NCBI GenBank assembly: GCA_037441675.1
Contig: JBBIRS010000001.1
Location: 256,001 to 320,000 of the forward strand
Direction: 5' to 3'
Length of the DNA: 64,000 bases
Source: Planctomycetales bacterium
GTDB taxonomy: Bacteria; 4484-113
The position numbers and the translations under genes were made by a program. A model generated the notes under the pieces. That model searched no databases and had not been told where the DNA came from. It saw only the letters and a list, made by a program, of their open reading frames with translations. How positions within the stretch are numbered: position 1 is the stretch's first letter; the number at the start of each line of letters is the position of its first letter. Shown here one piece after another: positions 56,253 to 64,000 of this stretch.

Positions 56253-57848
56253 ATGAAAAGTGAACCAATCAGGAGTATGGGTAGGATTCTTAAGTTTATA
56301 ATCGTGTTTATCCTGTCCATACTCTTTCAAGCTGGCAGTTCCTATGCCAATCTGCTTGAGGGAGTAACCGATGCAATTACCACAAGAGGCATTTCAAAGT
56401 CAAGGGAAGATGAACTTCAGAGGTTAATTGATGAAAGGGTACAAAAGGCGCTCTCAAATCCTCCCTTCAAGGTTTACGAGGATTTATTAATTTCTCCGGA
56501 GCTAATCAACCTAGTTACAAATGCGCTGCAGAACAACCCACAGCTAAAGGTTGCAAGAAGTCAAATAGCAATCTACGAGCAGAAGGTAGCGCCCGCGGGA
56601 GCGAAGATGGATCCAATGCTCGGAATTGAGTTTATGAATAGAATGGTCCCCAGGCCATTTACCTATATGGACTCTGACACGATGGATACGATTCGCCTTC
56701 GGCAGGAGTTTATGAGTTACGGTAAAAGGACAACGAAGCGAGACATTGCTGAGAAAGAAGTAGAGTTAAGGAAGTGGGAGGTGGCTGAAGCGGAGTATAT
56801 GCTTACGGGCGAGATTTTCAATATGTACTATGATCTCTTGGAGAATGCGGTTCAGCTTGATCAGGTGAAGAAAAACCGTGAACTGCTCTCAGCGCTGATG
56901 GATATTATCCGCGCACGCTACGAATTAAATCAAGTTATGCAGAGTGACTTAATCATGGTGCAGATGCGCTACACCGAAACCTACGAGAGAGAGATTATGC
57001 TAGAGGAGATGCGGAGAACGATGATAGCCAAGCTTGCGGGTATGGTTGGAGTTCCGATGGAGGATCTTGAATTTGACCTTAGCTTGAATGGAGAGGGAAT
57101 AGAGGTTCCCGAGAATGTCACCCTCCTAGTTGAAAGTGCCCTAAGCAGGCATCCTGAATCTTTTTGGATTGACACTCGCAAAAGCCAGGTTGAGCTTATG
57201 AAGAAACTCGCCAGAAAGGAATACCAGCCCGATTACGCGCTTGAGCTTTCCTACGGATACAGGCAGATGTTTCCGGATATGTTCAGCCTTGGGATTATGT
57301 TCAATCTTCCCATTTACAAAAGGCAGAAGCAGGACGCTATGTATATGGAGGCAAGCGCGATGGAGAAGGAGGTTGAGTTAATGCGCGAGATGCTTTATAA
57401 CGACATCCGTTCCTCTTGCCAGGAGAAGATTGTTCAGATGGCCGAGCTTAAGCGTAGGCTTGAGCTTTTTGAAAACACACTCCTACCACAGGTTCGTGCA
57501 ACGTTTGATTCAGCGCTGGCAAGCTATCAGGTAAATATGGACCAGTTCGCGGTTCTCATTGATGCTGCTTTGGCTCTTATTGAAATGGAAACAGAGTATA
57601 GAATTGCCACAGTAAATGAGGGCAGGGCAACCGCATTACTTGACTTCTACAGTCTTGGTGCAATTCGGATGATGGATAAGAATCAATCTGCGAGGAGTGA
57701 TGAAGAGGTAAGCTCCGACCAGAAAGAAAACGTGTTAGGTCAGGATGATACTTTAATGGCACAACCCTTAGAAGCAGGAAATGAGGGTTTGGGCGAACAA
57801 TCCGACAATCATATATCTGGAGGCGAAGATTATGGAGAAAGAGAATAA
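56253..57848 (+). CDS. TolC-family outer-membrane efflux protein (CusC-like, Met-rich)
   Basis: ALQNNPQL, ALSRHPE and NLPIY repeats. The track start 56172 is the -35 box; ATG 56253 or 56277 is more plausible. Confidence 0.85.
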   Translation: MKSEPIRSMGRILKFIIVFILSILFQAGSSYANLLEGVTDAITTRGISKSREDELQRLIDERVQKALSNPPFKVYEDLLISPELINLVTNALQNNPQLKVARSQIAIYEQKVAPAGAKMDPMLGIEFMNRMVPRPFTYMDSDTMDTIRLRQEFMSYGKRTTKRDIAEKEVELRKWEVAEAEYMLTGEIFNMYYDLLENAVQLDQVKKNRELLSALMDIIRARYELNQVMQSDLIMVQMRYTETYEREIMLEEMRRTMIAKLAGMVGVPMEDLEFDLSLNGEGIEVPENVTLLVESALSRHPESFWIDTRKSQVELMKKLARKEYQPDYALELSYGYRQMFPDMFSLGIMFNLPIYKRQKQDAMYMEASAMEKEVELMREMLYNDIRSSCQEKIVQMAELKRRLELFENTLLPQVRATFDSALASYQVNMDQFAVLIDAALALIEMETEYRIATVNEGRATALLDFYSLGAIRMMDKNQSARSDEEVSSDQKENVLGQDDTLMAQPLEAGNEGLGEQSDNHISGGEDYGERE

Positions 57849-58506
57849 GGATGAAAGAAGCGATTCCTCATCTAAAGGGAAAGTCGCGACTGAAGGGTTT
57901 ATGGGAATTCTCTTTGCGGTTATTGCGCTTGGAATAATGTTCTGGGTAGGTGTTAGGCTAATGGAACCATACCCCACATATAAAACTCCGGAAGAAGCGG
58001 TATATGAGGCTAAGATGGAGCTAGCAAAAGCCCCAGCGGATGAGAGTATGAGCGAGGGAATGAAAGAGGCGGGAGAAGTTGGCGACGAGAAAGCTTCAAA
58101 GGATCTTGCGGGGAATAAGAAGGACCCAATTTGCGGGATGAATCCTTATAATAGCCCAACAAGGCTGGAGGTTCTTTATTCAGACGGTTCAAGAACAGCC
58201 AATGTTTCCCTTGCTTGCTTTTTCCAGTTTTCTGACCAACATGCGGAGCATGGAATTATCCCTACAGATATAAAAGTAGTCACCTACGATACTTGGCAAT
58301 CGGAAAAGCCAAAGCTCATTGATGCGAAGAGCGCGGTTTACCTTGTGGAGCTTGAGGCTTTGCCCCAGGGTTCAATGCCGCCTGGAGTAGTGGCTTTTTC
58401 TAGCGAGGCGGATGCGAAGAAATTCCAGCCTGACTTAGGCGGGCGAATTGTGGGTTTTGAGGAGATGGAAAAATTCGTGAGGGATTTTCTTAAAGAGCAA
58501 TCTTAA
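57832..58506 (+). CDS. NosL-like membrane-anchored metal-binding protein
   Basis: GGAGG RBS; TM helix; DPICGM, SLACF, LIDAKSAVYLV, GSMPPGVVAFSSEADAKKF. Confidence 0.7.
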   Translation: MEKENKDERSDSSSKGKVATEGFMGILFAVIALGIMFWVGVRLMEPYPTYKTPEEAVYEAKMELAKAPADESMSEGMKEAGEVGDEKASKDLAGNKKDPICGMNPYNSPTRLEVLYSDGSRTANVSLACFFQFSDQHAEHGIIPTDIKVVTYDTWQSEKPKLIDAKSAVYLVELEALPQGSMPPGVVAFSSEADAKKFQPDLGGRIVGFEEMEKFVRDFLKEQS

Positions 58507-58526
58507 TTTTAAGAGAGGTAAATAGA

Positions 58527-59060
58527 ATGATATGGATTAAAAGAATAACTATAGCATTTTTAGGATTCGTGTTACTACTGAGTGTGGTGGGTTACGCCTA
58601 TTCTGTGGAGAAAGAGATGGATAAATCCCCTGCCTGCGCCTTTTGCGGGATGGCAGGTGCGGATATGTCTAGTGTATTTATAAAGGCTAACCTGAAGGAT
58701 GCCAGCGGAAAAGAGAGGAATGTTGTTTTTGATTCTCTTGCTTGCTGGCTTCAGTACGAGCACGAGTTGGAAAAGGGAGTGAAGGTATCAAGCGTGCTTG
58801 TGCTTGATTATCCAACCAGAGAAGATAAATCCCCCAAATTCATTGATTTGAAGAAGTCTTACTTTGTGCAAGTGAAGTCACTCAAGCACTCTATGCCACC
58901 ATATCTCGTAGCGTTTTCTGATAAGGCAAAGGCGGAGGCTTTCGCCAAAGAGAAAGGCGCAAAGGTGCTTTCTTACGCCAATGCAGTAGATTTCGTAATG
59001 AAGAAGATTGGTATGGAAGACCACCAGCATAAAGAGGGCGAGCATAATCATGACCACTAA
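58527..59060 (+). CDS. NosL-like periplasmic metal-binding protein with His-rich tail
   Basis: Signal peptide; CAFCGM, FDSLACW, HSMPPYLVAFSDKAKAEAFAKEKG; C-terminal HQHKEGEHNHDH. Confidence 0.78.
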   Translation: MIWIKRITIAFLGFVLLLSVVGYAYSVEKEMDKSPACAFCGMAGADMSSVFIKANLKDASGKERNVVFDSLACWLQYEHELEKGVKVSSVLVLDYPTREDKSPKFIDLKKSYFVQVKSLKHSMPPYLVAFSDKAKAEAFAKEKGAKVLSYANAVDFVMKKIGMEDHQHKEGEHNHDH

Positions 59061-59134
59061 GAGATTTGGCTTTGCTAACAGGATGAATTCCTACTTGTGG
59101 TCATTAAGTTTAATTAGCTTTTGGGAGATAGCCT

Positions 59135-60481
59135 ATGACTAAGGTAAACATCGGAGTATTAGTTTTCCTTCTGGGATGCATCCTGCTTCTTGGGTTAGCG
59201 GTGAGGAAGCAGAGGGCGCAGATAGATATGCTCCTATCCGCAGGCTTCCAAATGCCCGAAGAGAAGGGTGAAGCTGGCTTCATCTACATCGATCCGATGC
59301 ATCCCTGGATTACGAGCGACCGTCCTGGCACTGCTCCTGATTGCGGGATGGAGCTTATAAAGGTCACCGGCGAGGAAGCTCGGAAGATGCAGGAGGCGAT
59401 TAAAGCAGGAGCGGTTCAAGTTTCAGCTCCCGTGGTCAAGCGTGTTCTTGCCAACGTTGAGCTGACGAAAGTGCGGGAATTAGATTGGCGGGAGGAGATT
59501 GTCGTTGTTGGCTCAGTGGTCACGCCAACAGATCAGATTGTGAAGCTTGCAAGCTGGGTTGAGGGCAGAATTGACAAGCTTTATATTGAGCGCGTCGGCG
59601 ATTTCGTGAATAAGGGTGAGAAGCTGATGGAGATTTATAGCCCCACTCTGGTGCAAGCGCAGGAAGAATTTCTGACCGCGATACGCACAAAGGAAAGGAT
59701 GAAGACAGCAGGATATGAGGATTTGACGAAAAACACGGAGACACTTATTTCCTCTTCGGCGCGCAAGTTGAAGCTGTTGGGGATGACTGAGGCACAGATA
59801 AATGAGCTGGCGAAAACGGGCAAAGTTGTAGATAGGGTTATGGTTTACGCGCGGGATTCAGGTCTTGTTATGGACATAATGGCGCGGGAGGGGATGTACG
59901 TGATGATGGGCGAAAGCGTAATTGAGCTGGCTAATCTGAATCCCATTTGGGTTGAAATGGAGATTTATCAAGATGATGCCAAGAGGGTTAACATTGGAGA
60001 TGCGGTGGAGTTTCATCCCGTAGGTGATTCTGGAAGAATCTTTCATGGTCGCATCTTTGAGTTTGTCCCAATGCTAACTATGGAGAAGCGAACCCTGCTT
60101 GCGCGGGCTCGCCTCAGTAATCCGGGTTATCGCCTTCGTCCGGGAATGTTTGTTGATGGCAAGATAATCAAGGCTGGGAAAGAAAAGGTCCTTGCCATTC
60201 CGAGAAACGCAGTTTTAATTACAGGTAAAGGTGCGCGAGCCTGGATCCCAAGCCCAGGTTTACCGGATCAGTTTGAACCACGAGAGGTAAAAATTGGCAG
60301 AATCCTTGGTGATAATCGCGAGTACTACGAGGTAGTTGAGGGATTAAGGGCTGGGCAAACAGTGGTTGCCGGTGCGGTTTTCTTGCTTGATAGCGAGGCT
60401 CAGCTCTTGGTTGCAGCAGGGAAAACATCTGAAGAAGGGAAAACACCAGAAACCCAACAGGCAGTTGTCCATAAACACTAA
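59135..60481 (+). CDS. cusB: RND efflux membrane-fusion protein (CusB-like)
   Basis: YIDPMHP..PGTAPDCGMEL metal-binding module; GRIDKLY, YSPTLVQAQEE, LRPGMF. Confidence 0.85.
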   Translation: MTKVNIGVLVFLLGCILLLGLAVRKQRAQIDMLLSAGFQMPEEKGEAGFIYIDPMHPWITSDRPGTAPDCGMELIKVTGEEARKMQEAIKAGAVQVSAPVVKRVLANVELTKVRELDWREEIVVVGSVVTPTDQIVKLASWVEGRIDKLYIERVGDFVNKGEKLMEIYSPTLVQAQEEFLTAIRTKERMKTAGYEDLTKNTETLISSSARKLKLLGMTEAQINELAKTGKVVDRVMVYARDSGLVMDIMAREGMYVMMGESVIELANLNPIWVEMEIYQDDAKRVNIGDAVEFHPVGDSGRIFHGRIFEFVPMLTMEKRTLLARARLSNPGYRLRPGMFVDGKIIKAGKEKVLAIPRNAVLITGKGARAWIPSPGLPDQFEPREVKIGRILGDNREYYEVVEGLRAGQTVVAGAVFLLDSEAQLLVAAGKTSEEGKTPETQQAVVHKH

Positions 60482-60647
60482 ACATTATATGGGATGGCAG
60501 ATTTCCGCTAAAAGTAGAACTTAGGAGCGGTTAAAAATTGGCTTGAGAATTTGAGTATTTGCTCGTGATAATAGCAATCGTAAAGTTTAACTTCTCAAGC
60601 GCTATTTTATTCTTTCAAAGGAAATGGCATTGCAACAGGAGTAGGAA

Positions 60648-63600
60648 TTGATTGAAGCGGTAATAGATTATTGTTCGCGCAACAGGTTCTTAGTGATACT
60701 TATTTACGCATTGCTCGTAGCCTACGGCATTCATTCGGTAGTGAACACACCGCTGGATGCGCTTCCTGATTTATCCGAAAATCAGGTCATAATCTATACA
60801 GAGTATCCAGGTCAGTCACCCTATACGGTGGAGGATCAAGTAACATACCCACTGGAAACTGCGATGATGGGGCTTCCGCACGTGAAGGATGTTCGCGGTC
60901 AGTCCAACTTTGGTTTCTCCTTTGTTTACATTATTTTTGATGATAAGGTGAACTTCTACTGGGCGAGGACTCGCGTTCTGGAAAGGTTGAACGCCGTGCA
61001 GAATCAGCTCCCGAGTGGAGTGGTTCCACAATTGGGGCCCGAGGGAACAGGTGTGGGGCACGTGCTCTGGTATATTCTTCGGGGTGATAATTATGACCTA
61101 GCGAAACTTAGGAGCATTCAGGATTGGTACATCCGCTACCAGCTTGCTAGCGTTGATGGCGTAGCAGAAGTTGCAAGCATCGGAGGTTTCGTTCGGGAGT
61201 ATCAAGTTGACCTAGATCCGGCGAAACTGCGCGCGTATGGAGTATCAACCGAGATGGTAAGCATGGCGGTTGAAAAGGCGAACCAGGAGGCTGGGGGAAG
61301 AATTCTGGAGCAGAGCAACGTGGAATATTTCATCCGCGGGAAAGGCTACATTCGTGGAGTAGGAGACATTGAAAACATAGTTGTGATGACAAGTATGACC
61401 GGCGTTCCAATCCTGATCAAGCATCTGGGCACGGTTCAGCTCGGAACTGGAATGAGGGATGGATTGCTAGATATGAACGGTGAAGGCGAAGTCGTAGGCG
61501 GAATCATCGTGATGCGGTATGGCGAAAATGCTAAGCAAGTGATAGACAGAGTAAAGAAAAAAATTGAACAACTTGAACGCGGTCTGCCCAAAGGCATAAG
61601 TATTGAGATTATCTACGATAGGAGCGGGTTAATTGAGCGCTCAGTTCATACACTGAAAAAGGCGCTCATTGAAGAATCAATCATAGTCTCCTTCATCATC
61701 TTAGTTTTCCTGATGCATTTTCCGAGCGCGTTGGTAGTTATTCTCACGCTTCCAATTGCGGTTCTCATCGCGTTCATCTCTATGCGTCACCTTGGGATTA
61801 CGAGCAACATTATGAGCCTTGGCGGAGTTGCCATTTCCATTGGCGTCCTCGTGGACGCGTCAATCGTTCTCGTGGAAAATGCTTATCGGCAACTGGCTGA
61901 AGCGCAGGATAAAGGTCCCGTTAGCCCCGCGGAGAGAGTTGAGATAGTAATTAGGGCTGGAATGCAGGTTGGTAGGGCGATATTCTTCTCTTTAATTATA
62001 ATTGTTCTTTCCTTTTTACCACTTTTCTTCCTAACGGGAATGGAGGGAAAACTTTTTCAGCCACTCGCCTACACGAAGACCTTCACTATGTTTGGAGCAA
62101 CGATTATTGGAGTAACTCTAACGCCGGCTCTAATGATTATTTTTGTTCGTGGAAGATTAATACCTCAGTGGAAAAATCCCCTGACTGCCTTCTTTGATTG
62201 GATTTATGAACCAATTGTGAAATGGTCACTTCGTTTTGGATGGATAACCATCCTAGTGGCAGTCCTCATTATGGTGGGCACTTGGCCAATCTACAAGAAG
62301 CTGGGTCACGAGTTTATGCCTAATCTTAACGAGGGTGAGCTACTCTTTATGCCCACGCTCTTCCCGAATGCGTCCATCAACGAGGTCAAGCGCGTTACGC
62401 AAGTGCAGGACAAACTGTTGATGTCCCATCCGCAGGTGACTCGTGTGCTTGGCAAGGTTGGGCGAGCCAACACCGCGACCGATCCCGCGCCCGTAGAGAT
62501 GGTGGAAACCATTGTTCAGCTGACCGACCCGAAAACCTGGCCCCGCGGGAAAACGATAAACGACATCCGAAGCGATTTAGACAAACTGGTAAAAATCCCC
62601 GGCATCACGAATGCGTGGACAATGCCAATCATAAACAGGATTCAGATGCTCTCAACCGGCGTGAGAACAGACGTTGGTATCAAGATTTACGGCGATAACC
62701 TAGACGTTCTCGGAAGGCTTGCTCTTCAGGCGGAAGAGATTGCACGTAAAGTGCCCGGAACAGCGGACATCTTTGCGGAGCGTGTTGTGGGAGGCCGCTA
62801 CATCAACATTGAGGTAGACCGCGAATCCGCTTCTCGTTACGGCGTTAATGTTGAAGATGTTCAAATGGTCATCAACTCCGCAATCGGAGGAATGTCTCAG
62901 ACAACAACCATAGAGGGGCGCGAACGCTATCCCGTCCGCATCAGGTACTACCGCGACTTAAGAAACGATATTGAGGAGTTGATGGACGTTTTGGTGGAAA
63001 CGCCGATGCACGGTTTAGTTCCGCTAAGGCTCTTGGCTAAGGTGAATTATCAAGACGGTCCGCCGATGATATCTAGCGAGAATGGGTTGTTGCGTTCTCT
63101 TGTATTTTTGAACATTCGAGGCAGAGACCTCGGCAGTACGGTCACAGATTTGGAGAAGGCGCTAAAGGCGGAGCTTAAACTTCCACCTGGTTATTACTTC
63201 AGAATTAGCGGGCAGTGGGAAAATCAACTTCGCGCGAGGAAGACGCTCTCAGTTGTTGTGCCTATGGCAATGTTGGTAATTTTTTTACTTCTCTATCTCA
63301 CGTTTTACAACGTGGTGGATACTCTAATGGTGATGCTTTCGGTGCCATTTGCCCTTGTTGGCGGTGTGATAATGCTCTCCCATTTTCAATACAACATTTC
63401 TGTTGCAGTTATGGTGGGATTTATCGCTCTCTTTGGCGTAGCGGTGGAGACAGGAGTAGTTATGCTCGTGTATCTGAACGAGGCGCTGGACAGGCGGATT
63501 TTGAGTGGCGTTTTGATAACGCCACAGGTTATTCGGGAAGCGGCATATGAAGGTGCCGCCTTGAGGCTAAGGCCAAAACTGATGACAGTTAGCGCAGCCT

Positions 63601-63797
63601 TACTCGGACTTCTTCCCGTCCTCTGGGCTACTGGAACTGGCAGTGATGTAATGAAGCCCATCGCGGTTCCTATTATCGGTGGAATGATTAGCTCATCTAT
63701 CTTAGTGCTAATAGTAATTCCAGTCCTCTTTGTTCTTGTGCGTGTGATTCAGCTCAAAGTATCAGGTAAATTAAAACTTTCAGTTGGTGGACACTAG
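60648..63797 (+). CDS. cusA: Heavy-metal RND permease, CusA (Cu(I)/Ag(I)) type
   Basis: LDALPDLSENQVII, GVLVDASIV and RLRPKLMT; Met triad equivalents LFMPT, PVEMVET and RIQMLSTG. Confidence 0.92.
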   Translation: MIEAVIDYCSRNRFLVILIYALLVAYGIHSVVNTPLDALPDLSENQVIIYTEYPGQSPYTVEDQVTYPLETAMMGLPHVKDVRGQSNFGFSFVYIIFDDKVNFYWARTRVLERLNAVQNQLPSGVVPQLGPEGTGVGHVLWYILRGDNYDLAKLRSIQDWYIRYQLASVDGVAEVASIGGFVREYQVDLDPAKLRAYGVSTEMVSMAVEKANQEAGGRILEQSNVEYFIRGKGYIRGVGDIENIVVMTSMTGVPILIKHLGTVQLGTGMRDGLLDMNGEGEVVGGIIVMRYGENAKQVIDRVKKKIEQLERGLPKGISIEIIYDRSGLIERSVHTLKKALIEESIIVSFIILVFLMHFPSALVVILTLPIAVLIAFISMRHLGITSNIMSLGGVAISIGVLVDASIVLVENAYRQLAEAQDKGPVSPAERVEIVIRAGMQVGRAIFFSLIIIVLSFLPLFFLTGMEGKLFQPLAYTKTFTMFGATIIGVTLTPALMIIFVRGRLIPQWKNPLTAFFDWIYEPIVKWSLRFGWITILVAVLIMVGTWPIYKKLGHEFMPNLNEGELLFMPTLFPNASINEVKRVTQVQDKLLMSHPQVTRVLGKVGRANTATDPAPVEMVETIVQLTDPKTWPRGKTINDIRSDLDKLVKIPGITNAWTMPIINRIQMLSTGVRTDVGIKIYGDNLDVLGRLALQAEEIARKVPGTADIFAERVVGGRYINIEVDRESASRYGVNVEDVQMVINSAIGGMSQTTTIEGRERYPVRIRYYRDLRNDIEELMDVLVETPMHGLVPLRLLAKVNYQDGPPMISSENGLLRSLVFLNIRGRDLGSTVTDLEKALKAELKLPPGYYFRISGQWENQLRARKTLSVVVPMAMLVIFLLLYLTFYNVVDTLMVMLSVPFALVGGVIMLSHFQYNISVAVMVGFIALFGVAVETGVVMLVYLNEALDRRILSGVLITPQVIREAAYEGAALRLRPKLMTVSAALLGLLPVLWATGTGSDVMKPIAVPIIGGMISSSILVLIVIPVLFVLVRVIQLKVSGKLKLSVGGH

Positions 63798-64000
63798 TCC
63801 CTTCAGTGCGTAAAATGTTCAGTTAGATGAAATATAGCGGGATACAATCTGCCTTAAAAACATTGGACTTACCTACTCAGCCAAGTATATTATGGTTTGT
63901 CCTGGCGTAAAGCTGTGTTTCGTATCTAAACTACAAACGATTAACTTTCCGTTTTCTCCGATTATTAAAAGCGGGAATGTGTTTTCCTTGATATTTGCCC

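Noticed and set aside
57832..59060. Nitrous-oxide reductase (nos) cluster
   Set aside because: No nosZ, nosD, nosF or nosY; the context is RND metal efflux.
1..64000. CRISPR array, IS elements, prophage; remaining short antisense ORFs in the track
   Set aside because: I saw no regularly spaced direct repeats, transposase, integrase or phage genes. The short ORFs overlap well-supported longer genes.

Overview
A gene-dense 64 kb stretch of chromosome from a probably diderm bacterium (it has an outer-membrane beta-barrel and TolC). I saw no CRISPR array, integrase, transposase or rRNA. Recognisable content: a barrel/FecR-cohesin/CHASE2-adenylate cyclase cluster; archaeal-type valS; a short sigma factor; two TlpA-like thioredoxins; two tRNA-Arg genes divergent from argS; pilin and pilC; a WecA/TagO transferase; a complete nuoA-N operon with fused nuoCD; a split methylmalonyl-CoA mutase large subunit; and a cusCBA-type Cu(I)/Ag(I) efflux operon. 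Best findings: (1) an orphan AcsB (acetyl-CoA synthase) homologue between argS and a nitrilase that keeps the four [4Fe-4S] cysteines but lacks the nickel-binding Cys-Gly-Cys; (2) a selenoprotein hidden in two ORF fragments (TlpA with UxxC and a SECIS-like hairpin) next to its Cys paralogue; (3) a copper efflux operon with two NosL-like proteins in place of CusF, apparently controlled by a Cys-free BlaI repressor and an M56 protease co-transcribed with a DnaQ-WYL fusion; (4) an unassigned ~200-nt rod-shaped RNA candidate; (5) a probable non-canonical start for wecA/tagO; (6) an unannotated 33-aa membrane protein behind a Fur-like box. All family calls come from motif recognition by eye; no database searches were run.
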